Source: an uncultured Phycisphaerales bacterium (GTDB lineage: Bacteria; Planctomycetota; Phycisphaerae; Tepidisphaerales; Tepidisphaeraceae). Taken from it: 64,000 bases of DNA. The stretch is from positions 704,001-768,000 of the forward strand of contig CAWJPJ010000006.1 in NCBI GenBank assembly GCA_963844715.1, read 5' to 3'. Position numbers and translations under genes: made by a program. The notes beneath the pieces are model-generated. The model was not told the DNA's origin. It saw nothing but the letters and a program-made list of their open reading frames with translations, and made no database searches. Positions 43,961 through 54,053 of the stretch are shown one piece after another. Position 1 is the first letter of the stretch, and each line of letters starts with the position of its first letter.

Positions 43961-45231
43961 ATTAGCAAAACCGCCACCATCACCATCGACGGCAAGTCTT
44001 ATGAATTCCCGATCATCGTCGGCACCGAGGGGGAACAGGCCATCGACATTACCGACCTCCGCGCCAAAACCGGCCTGATCACCTTCGACCCGTCCTACGG
44101 AAACACCGGCTGCTGCACCAGTTCCATCACCTTCATCGACGGCGAAAAAGGAATCCTCCGCTATCGCGGCATCCCCATCGAAGAGCTGGCCGAAAAATCC
44201 ACCTTCATCGAAACCGCGCAGCTCCTGATCTTCGGAAAAATGCCCACCGAGGAGCAAATCCACCGCTTCAGCGAGCGGCTGACCCGAAACGCCCCGCTTC
44301 ACGAAGGTTTCAAGCACCACTTCGAGGCCTTCCCCGTCGACGCCCCGCCGATGGCGATGCTCTCGGCGATGATCAATTCCCTCTCCTGTTTCCATCAGCA
44401 GTTTATCAGAATCGAAGATGAGGACATGTTCGAGGAAATCGCCGCCCGCCTCATCAGCAAGGTGCGAACGATCGCGGCGTATTCCTATCGCATGTCCTGC
44501 GGCATGCCCTACATCTCGCCCGATCCAAAAATGAAATACGTCCCCAACTTCCTGCACATGATGTTTTCGCAGCCTTACGATCAGTATTTCGCCTCGCCGG
44601 AAGTGGATCGCGCCCTCAACCTGATTCTTCTCCTCCATGCCGATCACGAGCAGAATTGCTCGACCTCAACCGTTCGCGCCGTCGGCTCCAGCAAGGCGAA
44701 TCTGTTCGCCTCCATCGCCGCCGGCGTCAACGCCCTCTGGGGCCCGCTGCACGGCGGCGCCAACGTCGCCGTTTTGGAAATGCTCGAGCAAATTCAATCC
44801 GGCAGAATCAAGCCGCAGGATTATGTCCGCCTCGCCAAAGACAAGGGGAGCGGAATTCGATTGATGGGATTCGGACACCGCATTTATCGAAATTTCGACC
44901 CGCGCGCAAAATCCTGAAGAACGCCGCGGAAAAAGTGCTGGCGCAACTCAAAGTTTCCGATCCGCTTCTGGAAATCGCCCAGGAATTGGAAGCAATGGCA
45001 CAAAGCGACCCCTATTTCATCGAGCGAAAGCTTTATCCCAACGTCGATTTTTACAGCGGAATCATCATGAAGGCGATCGGACTCCCGGTGAATATGTTCA
45101 CCGTCATGTTCGCGATGGGGAGAATGCCCGGCTGGATCGCGCAGTGGAAAGAACAACACGATGATCCAACGACGCGAATCGCCCGCCCGCGGCAAATTTA
45201 TGTGGGGCCGACGAAACAAACTTTGAGTTAA
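43961..45231 (+). CDS. gltA: Citrate synthase (apparent indel near 44908; ATT at the expected start)
   Basis: [50 protein letters not shown]. Confidence 0.95.
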
Positions 45232-45288
45232 GGTCTTCGCGGGCGGGAATTCGCGGAACTTTGCCGACTCTCGCGCGTCTAAACGGGG

Positions 45289-46513
45289 ATGAAGGGATTT
45301 GCCTTGAAAATAATCCCCCTGCTTCTGGCTCTCCTTTGCTTTCCTGTCTTCGCTTGGGCCGATGCGCCGGTGAATCCTTCGGATAATCTGGCGGGTGATA
45401 TGAATCGATTTGCGTTTGATCTTTATCCTAAAACGGGTGATCCGAATGCGAATCTCATCTTCAGCCCTTACAGCATTCATCTCGCCCTGGATATCGTCGT
45501 GGCGGGCGCACGCGGCGATACGCTTTCGCAAATGCAATCGGTGCTGCATTTATCCGCAAACGATGCAACGCTTGCGTCGGCGGCGGGAAAATTGATGGAC
45601 TCTCTCCAATCGTCCGGCGAATCCGGGCCGATTGTGAAAATCGCCAACGCGCTCTGGTCGCAACTCGGGGTGAACTGGAACGCCGCTTACTTCGATTCGG
45701 TGCAGAAAGACTACCGGGCGAAACTCGCGTCCCTCGACTTCAATGACACGGAGGCGGCGCAAGACCATCAACGATTGGGTGGCTGCTCAAACGAACGACA
45801 AGATTCAAAATCTACTCGGCAAGGGCTCGATTCAGCCGCATGTTACCAAGCTGATCATCACCAATGCGGTGTATTTCAAAGGGGATTGGCTCCTGCCTTT
45901 TGACGCGAACCATACTTCGAATTTTCCGTTCCATGTGCGGGGCGCGGCGGAAACGACGCCGGCGGCGACCATGCACCAAACGGCGCAGGTGGGGTATATG
46001 GAGAACGATTCGTTCCAGGCGATCGAGTTGCCGTATGCGCATTCGAATCTCGCGATGCTGATCGTGCTGCCGAAGGCAACTGATGGATTCCCTGCCGTGG
46101 AGGCGCATCTTGATACGGATTTGCTAGGGACGATCGATAAGGGACTGGGGAACGATCGGGTGGCGATTGCGCTGCCGAAGTTCAAGTTCGCGGCGTCGCT
46201 GGACCTGGCGCAGCCGCTGACGGAGCTGGGGATGAAAGCCGCGTTTGATCCCTCGGCCGCGGACTTCTCCGGCATGGATAACCAGCGCGATCTGTATGTG
46301 TCAGGCGTGGTGCATCAGGCGTATGTGGCGGTGGATGAGAAAGGAACGGAGGCGGCAGCCGCGACGGGGATCATGGTGGGAGCGACGGCGATCATCATGC
46401 CGCCGCCGCAGGAGTTCAGGGCGGATCACCCCTTTATCTTCGCTATACGCGATAAGCAGACTGGGGCGATCATGTTCCTAGGCAGGGTTGTAGACCCCGC
46501 TAGCGGGGAATGA
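45289..46513 (+). CDS. Secreted serpin (apparent indel near 45758)
   Basis: NLIFSPYSI, NAVYFKGDW, LPKF, VDEKGTEAAAAT hinge, FRADHPFIF. Confidence 0.92.
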
Positions 46514-46553
46514 CTAAGGTTAAATGACGAATTTTAAATGGGGGAAAGGCGGG

Positions 46554-46593
46554 CCCTTCGACGGAGCTCCCTTCGACTTCGCTCAGGGCAGGC
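46554..46593. repeat. REP-like CCCTTCGACTTCGCTCAGGG element with a partial duplicate
   Basis: CCCTTCGAC occurs twice 15 nt apart; resembles a dispersed intergenic repeat motif. Confidence 0.45.
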
Positions 46594-47017
46594 AGGGCCG
46601 GCCGAAGGATGCATAAGTAAGCGCTTTTGAAATTCGCGGGCGCGCTTCGTTTGGGGTAACCTGTTGTGGGATAATTAGTTAAGTTTAATCCATGGTCTCC
46701 CCTGTCGATATGCGCGCATACCTACGCCAGAAGAGGGCAACGGGTGATCAGGTGAGCCGGTGAGGGAGCGAGGCAGTCGCCGCGGCAATTGGGTTCCGGC
46801 TGGGGTTTGTTGAATGTTCAACAAACGATAATTGCGCGACGCAATCTTTGCCGCACCGGTACTCGCCGGAGATAATTTAAGGATATATTGCATCGATCAA
46901 CGTCAGTCCGTGTCCCGGGAGAGGCGCGTCGCATTTTAATCCGTCGAACAATCGCTCAATAATTGACCAGCGTAGCGCGGTTGGGCTATGTTCCCTAGAA
47001 ATCAGGTAGCGATCCGA

Positions 47018-48715
47018 ATGGAATTGGACAAAATCTATAATAAGGATTGTGTTTCGGGGATGTCGCGGCTGGCGGCGGGAAGCGTGGATCTCGCCTTTGC
47101 CGATCCTCCGTTCAATATCGGGTACAAATACGACGTTTATGAGGACCGTCTGGCGGCGGACAAATACTTGAATTGGACGAGGGAATGGGGCGCGGCACTC
47201 ATTCACGCGCTCAAGCCGACGGGAACTTTCTGGCTTGCGATCGGGGACGATTTCGCGGCCGAATTAAAGTTGCTGTTCCAGCGCGACTTGGGGCTTGTCT
47301 GTCGTAGCTGGATCATTTGGTATTACACGTTTGGCGTAAACTGCAGGCAGAAGTTCAGCCGCAGCCACACGCACCTCTTCCATTTTGTTAAGAACGCGAA
47401 GGAATTCACGTTCAATGTGGATGCGATTCGAGTGCCGTCGGCGCGGCAATTGGTATATGGAGACGCGCGGGCTCATTCGAAAGGGCGGCTTCCGGACGAC
47501 ACTTGGATTCTTCGTCCCCAGGATGCAGCGGAAAGCTTTTCGCCTGAGGAGGACGTTTGGTACGTTCCACGCGTATGCGGCACATTCAAGGAACGTGCCG
47601 GATGGCACGGTTGTCAGATGCCTGAGCAGTTGCTGGGGCGCATCATTCGGGCGTGTTCAAATGCTGGGGAAACGGTGCTGGACCCGTTCGGGGGGAGCGG
47701 AACGACTCTGGCGGTGGCCAAGAAGTTGGGGCGTCGATTCATCGGATTTGAGTTGTCGAAAAGTTACTCGCGGCAGATCGAAATACGGTTAAAAGGCGCG
47801 AAATTCGGTGATGCCTTGCTGGGCGCGGAAGAACCGAAAGTGGTTCCCGGCCTCGCACGAGTGCGCAAGAGCGAAGAAAAGGCCACGCAAGCGCCGGATT
47901 TAAAGCCGCTGACGAAACGATCCAACGCCGAAGAGGTTAACCGCGGGATTATGGAGGCATTTTTTTCCACGCGGCAGGGCTTTCCCGTCGATCGGGTAAT
48001 CGCCGATCCCGAGCTAAACGAGGAATTTGTGGGGATATGCGGGCGACTTGGTCTGCCTGGGAGGGCCTTCGATTGGAATCAGCGGCTGATGAACTTGCGT
48101 AAGGCCGGGCATTTGAAGGGCATCCCTCACTCGCTGCGCACGACGTTTCCGCTGGAGGACAGGCAGTTCTACCGTTACAAGTTTGCCTGCGAGATCGCGA
48201 TACAAACATTCGAGCAGGCGGGGAAGACGACGCTGGACCAGGTTTTGTGCGATCCCGAAATGGCCCGTGACTTTGATCAATACGTTCGCAAGATGCTCCC
48301 CGACCCAGACCAACCTACTTCCCTGATGATACGGTGGTTCGCACTGCGAATTCGCAAGGCGGCGCACCAGATTTCCCAGGCGTCAGCCAAACTCGGAAGC
48401 GTTATCGAGATTTCCCGCGATAGGGAGAATCCGTTCTCGTTGAATTGCTCAAAAGTGCCGGAGTCGCCGGGTTTGTATTGGTTGCACGATAAGAGCAACC
48501 ACCTGTATGTGGGTGAGACGGATAATCTTCGCGAGCGAATGGAGATTCAATTCGGGCACAAGAAATTCGATTTCTGGAAAGCTTCGCTCGGCGAGTTGCA
48601 AGTGGCCTATAAAACGGTGGATGTCCCGGACGGCGTTCTTCCGCGACATCAATCTCGTTGGATCTCCAGTTGGAGCCCCATTGGAAACTACGCGAAGCTG
48701 GCAGCGTCGAAATGA
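47018..48715 (+). CDS. Beta-class N4/N6 DNA methyltransferase fused to two helical repeats and a C-terminal GIY-YIG-like domain
   Basis: DPPF before LDPFGGSGTT; repeats DRVIADPELN...LMNLRK and DQVLCDPEM...LRIRK; PGLY-x9-YVGETDNLRER. Confidence 0.88.
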   Translation: MELDKIYNKDCVSGMSRLAAGSVDLAFADPPFNIGYKYDVYEDRLAADKYLNWTREWGAALIHALKPTGTFWLAIGDDFAAELKLLFQRDLGLVCRSWIIWYYTFGVNCRQKFSRSHTHLFHFVKNAKEFTFNVDAIRVPSARQLVYGDARAHSKGRLPDDTWILRPQDAAESFSPEEDVWYVPRVCGTFKERAGWHGCQMPEQLLGRIIRACSNAGETVLDPFGGSGTTLAVAKKLGRRFIGFELSKSYSRQIEIRLKGAKFGDALLGAEEPKVVPGLARVRKSEEKATQAPDLKPLTKRSNAEEVNRGIMEAFFSTRQGFPVDRVIADPELNEEFVGICGRLGLPGRAFDWNQRLMNLRKAGHLKGIPHSLRTTFPLEDRQFYRYKFACEIAIQTFEQAGKTTLDQVLCDPEMARDFDQYVRKMLPDPDQPTSLMIRWFALRIRKAAHQISQASAKLGSVIEISRDRENPFSLNCSKVPESPGLYWLHDKSNHLYVGETDNLRERMEIQFGHKKFDFWKASLGELQVAYKTVDVPDGVLPRHQSRWISSWSPIGNYAKLAASK

Positions 48716-49495
48716 AGGACGACCCGGTGAAGGTGGCGTTTCAGGAGATTCGAGAAGGTCGATCTCCCGAATTTGTGATCTGCGATCCAGCATTCAACGA
48801 ACGATTTCTCGCGGCAAGCCGGCGCACTGGGGGTGGGAGGAAGTGACGGGGAAATCAATACGTGATTGCTCAATCTGCGCAAGCGGAACAAACTGAAAGA
48901 TTGTCGAACGACTTATCGCAAGAAGACCGATTCCAATCGCCGCCACTATCTGAATCTGGTTTCGAACGTAATTCGGTTGGTCGAGAGGCAGTTCGGGAAA
49001 ACCGTCGACAACGTCATTTGCGATCCCGAGATGAGATCGCAGTTTGACGCGATGATCAAGTTCTTAAGTCCCAGCGCTTCACCTTTCGAAGCTGAATATA
49101 CGGCACTTAGTCTACGGAAAACCAATCGGCTTAAGCCCGAGCCAGTGGGACAAATCATTGGCGCGGTGACCAGCAACATCGTCGGTTTGGCGGATTTGGA
49201 ACCCCGACTAATTGAGGTTCCGAAGAATCCCGGCGTATACGTATTTTTCGACGAGGACACCACCTTTTACATCGGAAAAGCGGACGATTTGAAGCGGAGG
49301 ATAGGCGGCCATATCTCGTCCTGGACCTATCGAGAGATGATCCATCAGATTCGCAAGAAGCTCAGGCCCGACGCCTTTGTCGCATACCACGAGCTTCCCG
49401 TAACAATCTCGCCCAGAGAGTTGGCTGCATATGAAACGGAACTGATTCGGTCCAGAAAGCCGCAACATAATCGCGCCGGCCGGCTTGGCGAATAA
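48712..49495 (+). CDS. GIY-YIG nuclease with the same two N-terminal repeats (apparent indel near 48823 and in-frame TGA at 48863; possibly a pseudogene)
   Basis: ATGA overlap with the MTase; EFVICDPAFN...LLNLRK, DNVICDPEM...LSLRK, PGVY-x9-YIGKADDLKRRI, E..LI....P.HN. Confidence 0.8.
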
Positions 49496-49506
49496 TTGGG
49501 GGACTT

Positions 49507-49863
49507 GTGAAAAGCATCGCGAAGAAATCGCTTGAGTTCACCAGCTTGTTTGAAGCAGAGCTTCTCGTTGGCCTTTTGCTTTGGAAATGGGGGCACCCTC
49601 TCGCAGGTGACGAAGAATTTGCCAACACCCTGCTGGAGGAGGCATCCATCGCGCTTCGAGAGGCAATGGCCGGGAAGCAACTCATTGAGTCCGTGCCGGC
49701 AAGCCAGTTGAATTTCGTCGCCGCGGTTTGGTATGCGGAACAGTGCGGGATAGAACGAGTGGATGAATCAAAAATGGTCGAGTCAAGGCGAGCCTGGCTC
49801 TCGGCGGTCCGACGTGCGTTGCCGTCTTGCTTCTGCGATCCGTCTGACCTTCCCCCTTCCTAA
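49507..49863 (+). CDS. Hypothetical 118-aa protein, third gene of the MTase operon
   Basis: GGGGA RBS, 11 nt after the previous stop; WGHP and LPSCFC motifs; no family recognised. Confidence 0.6.
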   Translation: MKSIAKKSLEFTSLFEAELLVGLLLWKWGHPLAGDEEFANTLLEEASIALREAMAGKQLIESVPASQLNFVAAVWYAEQCGIERVDESKMVESRRAWLSAVRRALPSCFCDPSDLPPS

Positions 49864-50042
49864 TAATCGGCCGTCACATGGTGTGCGGCCGCGAGAGTGG
49901 TGGAGCAAGTGCGCAGTTGGACAGTGGAAAAGATAACACCCTCCGGTCCTCCGGAAACTAGCGGAGACCTGTGGGACGGGGCGCGTTCCGCGAGAGCACC
50001 GGAGCGGGTGAACAGTTGAACAGTGGAGAAGACGCTCGATGC

Positions 50043-50209
50043 TAGAGCGGTTTGCGGCTCCACGTGGCGAGCCAGTTGGCCTCGGCTGCAACGGAGGCAA
50101 GGATGAGCGGCGAAGCGTATCAGAAAATCAGATACGTTGAGCCGCGAAGACGCGGCATCCGTTGCAGCCGTGGACAAATGGCCGCTACGCGGAGCCGCAA
50201 ACCGCTCTA
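50043..50209. mobile_element. MITE-like element with ~55-bp imperfect inverted repeats
   Basis: TAGAGCGGTTTGCGGCTCC...CGGCTGCAACGGA mirrored by TCCGTTGCAGCCG...GGAGCCGCAAACCGCTCTA; no plausible gene inside. Confidence 0.65.
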
Positions 50210-50279
50210 ATCCCCGCCCGTCCTGCGGAAACTAGTGGAGGACCGGGGGAAGGAGGATGAGGAACTCTGGGCCAGGAAA

Positions 50280-50317
50280 AAGAGATCCGGTGCAACAAGT
50301 TGCACCGGCTTCGCGGG
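50280..50317. repeat. 38-bp palindromic repeat, copy 1
   Basis: AAGAGATCCGGTGCAACAAGTTGCACCGGCTTCGCGGG; identical at 54956-54993. Confidence 0.85.
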
Positions 50318-50326
50318 AGGGCGGGT

Positions 50327-51355
50327 TCAGTTCGTCCTAATCGCGGCGGCTCTGCGTCGGGCCAGGACTGCCGGGGCGGCGAGCAAGACAAGCGAAAGCG
50401 AGGTTGGTTCCGGAACGGTGACTTCAAAACTGTGGGTATCGCCGGTGGTGTCAAGGTACTGCCCCACCACGACGTTGCCGTCAATTCCCCCGAGGTAGGT
50501 GCCGCCAATCACTCCAGCCAATCCGCCGAGGAAGATGTCGCCCTCGGCGGGCAATGCCAACGGGTCGTCCACGGTGGTGAAGGTTCCGCCGTCGTCCAAA
50601 AAGCCGTGGACGCCGGCGGCGTCGAGATACGATCCGGTGATGGTGCTGCCGGATAGGCTAAAGACATTTGTATCCACGGCCGATGGAAAATCGATCGTGG
50701 TGTACGTCCCGGCGCTGATACTGTAGGCGAAGCCGTTGTGATACCCAAAATGAACAGACGTCGAATCGCCGAAATCTCCGACGGCGGTGTCGCCGGCGAC
50801 ACCGAGCAGTACGGTTCCCCTGTCCGGAGTAGCCGACGGATCGTCCACGGTGGTATAAACGCCGGTAAGAGAATCGTAGATAAATCCATGGTCGACGCCC
50901 GATTTATCGAAGTATGCACCAACGATGGTATTGCCGGAGACTCCCAGCGCCTCTGTGCCGCCAACCACCGCCGACGCAGGACCGGCAATCGGCGTATAAA
51001 TGCCGCTGGTAATGTTGTAACTGAAGGAGAATACGGAAGTATCTGGGAGCGAATAAAACCCGACCACGGTGTTGCCGGAAATGCCTATCGTGTACGTCGA
51101 TCCGCCGGTGCCTTCCGCCGGGTCATCCAGGGTGGTGTAGGTGCTGCCATTGTAGAGGAATCCATGTCCGATGTTGGAGGAATCGAGGTAGACCCCGCTC
51201 ACATAGCTGCCGCTGATGCCCTCGGCCAAGGTGCCTTGGCCATTGGCGGTACCGGCTGATGGGTCATCCAATTCGGTGAATGTAAACCCGGCGGCAGCCG
51301 GCCTGGGGAGGACCACCAAAAACGCCAACGAAAGCAGAAAGATGAGTTTTCGCAT
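50327..51355 (-). CDS. PEP-CTERM protein with HGF-type repeats (beta-propeller-like)
   Basis: Signal peptide; repeated GISG..VG.Y.D....HGF.Y...YTT.DDP; VPEP-TM-RRR. Confidence 0.88.
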   Translation of the reverse strand: MRKLIFLLSLAFLVVLPRPAAAGFTFTELDDPSAGTANGQGTLAEGISGSYVSGVYLDSSNIGHGFLYNGSTYTTLDDPAEGTGGSTYTIGISGNTVVGFYSLPDTSVFSFSYNITSGIYTPIAGPASAVVGGTEALGVSGNTIVGAYFDKSGVDHGFIYDSLTGVYTTVDDPSATPDRGTVLLGVAGDTAVGDFGDSTSVHFGYHNGFAYSISAGTYTTIDFPSAVDTNVFSLSGSTITGSYLDAAGVHGFLDDGGTFTTVDDPLALPAEGDIFLGGLAGVIGGTYLGGIDGNVVVGQYLDTTGDTHSFEVTVPEPTSLSLVLLAAPAVLARRRAAAIRTN

Positions 51356-51421
51356 TTGCCTCTCCCGAAAAAAGATGTTCCTCCATCAGTCGAGAGAACT
51401 AAATGTGAAGCGAACCATAAC

Positions 51422-52211
51422 CTAATGGTCCGCGTCGCCTTTAGTTCGTCCCCTCCGTCGCGCCAGGACTGCCGGGGCGGCGAGCAATACGAGGGAAAGC
51501 GTGGCCGGTTCCGGGACGGCGGTGGTCGTCACGCCCACGGTCGTGAAATCGACGGCCCAACCATCTCCACCGTTGCCGCCTTCGTCGATGGAGAGGGTCA
51601 AAACATTTGAAGGGCCCAAGGTCGAGGGCGAGATGCCAAGCGTGACGTATTGCACTATTGGCCCGGATTGGTCGAGCGACTCCAGCAAACTGGTTAACGC
51701 CGGAGGCGCTGGCGCCGTTGAGCGTTATGTTGAAGGGCTGTCCAAAAACGGGAAACTCAAAATTGTCGGCGGCAATACCAAGGGTCACGGTCTGAATCGT
51801 TGAATCGGCTGGCACAAGAGAACTGTAGTCCATGGTAATGACATCCGGCCCGCTGATTCGGTCAGGAGAGGACGAATATCCGTCATCGCTCGCGGTTTGG
51901 ACGCTGCCGACGTAGATTTGGTCGGTGCCGGGAAAATCACCAGGCGAGGGCGTAAAGGGAAAAGTATGCGCGTACGATTTCGTCGCCAGACTGCTGACGT
52001 TCGGCGCCAAACCGATTTTCGTGGCCCCGGCGGTCGGATCGTCGGTGCCATAGGCGCCGGTCCCGAGGGCATCTTCGGTGCCGTAGGTTTGTACGCCATC
52101 CGCATGAGCTACGGCAGGCCGCAATATCAAGGGAACGGCGGCGAGCAATAAACCCATCGCGGAAAGCGAAGAAAAGTTCAAAAACGAGAAGTTTTTTGAA
52201 ACGGCAAGCAT
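51422..52211 (-). CDS. PEP-CTERM protein of unknown function (apparent indel near 51700)
   Basis: Signal peptide ending AHA; acidic body; VPEPATLSLVLLAAPAVLARRR. Confidence 0.8.
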
Positions 52212-52763
52212 TATCTTCTCTCGAATCGAAGTGAAGATGATCTGCCGGAAATCAAAGCAACACGATTTCCACCGATCCGGCGTCGCATCACACTCCCGCC
52301 GGCAAGTTGCAATTTCCCTGCCCTTTCGCGTGTTTGGGAACGGGTATGTTCGGACGTGACAATACGAACATCGCGAGAAGGCTTGCAAGGAAATTTGCGC
52401 GGGTTTCAGCTGGAAAACACGTTAAATCTTGCGCGACTTCCTTGCTGCAACCGGTCATTTTGGGAGGCGCATAGTGTGAGCCGAGACGACCAAGGCGTGA
52501 TCTGTCGCAAGAGCCTCCAAGGATGGCGCAAACGATCACTCAACCACCTGGCAATTTAGGCAAGAAATTGGGGGGCGCGATCGCTCTCGGGTTGACCGCG
52601 CTATTCGTGTGGCTCAGTAGTAAAAGTTTTTTTTGTGGCCTGCGAGGTTCTCCTGATCGCGAAATTTATTGGAATCATAGCGCGGGGCTTGATCTTTCGG
52701 GGCTAGGATTTTGGCAGCATCTGGGGGGATCGGTTTTCATTTCGTGTAAGGAAGGAGCCTGTC

Positions 52764-53942
52764 ATGATTCGGAATCGGCGTGCTATCATCGAACAATTGG
52801 AATCGCGGACGCTGCTTAGCGTCAATATTGGCGGGGAATTTTTGAACCTCGCGGTCACGGACCCGGCGGCGCTGGCTCCGGTGGCGGCGCCGGGGTTGGG
52901 GGTGAACATTCGTGCCAGGGCGGGGGTTCCGTTTACGAAGGAGGTTGCGTTTTATGCGTCGCCGGAGGTGACGACGGGGACGTTTACGGCGACGATCGAC
53001 TGGGGGGATGGCGTGACGTCGGCGGGTGTGGTGACGTACGGGGCGGAGGGGAACAAGCCGGGGTATGAGATCATGGGGTCGAGCGTTTACGCGGAGGCGG
53101 GGTTGTTCCGGGTCACGACGGTTTTGTCTTTGACGAGCAGCCCGGTGGGTGCGGCGGCGTCCGCGCCGTCAACGACGTCGGTTGTCGCGACGATTCACAG
53201 TGATGCGGTTGTGTCGCCGCTGGCGCGGGTGTCTCCTTTGGGCGTGACGTTAACGGAGGTGGCGGGACAGGGATTTACGGATGATGTGGGAGCGGTGTTC
53301 CTGCCGGCCGTGCAGAATGAGATTTTTACGGCGACGATCAACTGGGGGGATGGGACGACGTCGGCGGGGCAGCTCGCCCCAACGACTATCACCAATGCGA
53401 CAGGTGAGACGGAGTATGAAATCATCGGCGGGCACACGTATTCTCAGAATGGGACCTATCCGGTGCGGATTGTGGTGGATGAGACGCCGGCGGCGGTGGG
53501 TAGCGCGGCGACGGAATTTGATGTCATCCATAGCCGGATCATTGTGCAGACGGGGATTTCGCTGGCGGGGACGATCACAGGGACGTACAGGCTCTTCGAC
53601 GACAATCCCATCCGGGGTATAGGGTACGGCTTCACGGGGAGCGGGACGGCCGGGGCTTTGGGGGCGGTGACGCTGAGCGGAACAATTACCACCCCTGGCA
53701 CGATCACCACACCGCCCGAGGCCACCGGAAGAATAACGCTCAGCAATTCGAGTGGTTCGGTGACACTGCAATTGACCGGGCCGACGGAAAGCATACTGGG
53801 GCCAATCCCGGATACGATGAGTTACAAAATTCTGAGCGGGACCGGCGCCTACTACGAGGAGACGGGGAGCGGGACGATTGCGATCACCGCGCCGCCGTAC
53901 GTAGGGGGACCGCCGGTGCCGTTTACGTTTGTGATTAGTTGA
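52764..53942 (+). CDS. Secreted protein with planctomycete export motif and two PKD/Ig-like domains
   Basis: AAGGAG RBS; IEQLESRTLLS; FTATI(D/N)WGDG twice. Confidence 0.85.
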   Translation: MIRNRRAIIEQLESRTLLSVNIGGEFLNLAVTDPAALAPVAAPGLGVNIRARAGVPFTKEVAFYASPEVTTGTFTATIDWGDGVTSAGVVTYGAEGNKPGYEIMGSSVYAEAGLFRVTTVLSLTSSPVGAAASAPSTTSVVATIHSDAVVSPLARVSPLGVTLTEVAGQGFTDDVGAVFLPAVQNEIFTATINWGDGTTSAGQLAPTTITNATGETEYEIIGGHTYSQNGTYPVRIVVDETPAAVGSAATEFDVIHSRIIVQTGISLAGTITGTYRLFDDNPIRGIGYGFTGSGTAGALGAVTLSGTITTPGTITTPPEATGRITLSNSSGSVTLQLTGPTESILGPIPDTMSYKILSGTGAYYEETGSGTIAITAPPYVGGPPVPFTFVIS

Positions 53943-54053
53943 GGGGAGTTGCCAGTCGCCAGTTGCGAAACGGATGCTTTATCCCTGTGCATCGGCATCC
54001 AATCTGTGGCTAACTCGGTTTTTCCTGTCTCGCAATCTGTGGTTCCGGGCGAG

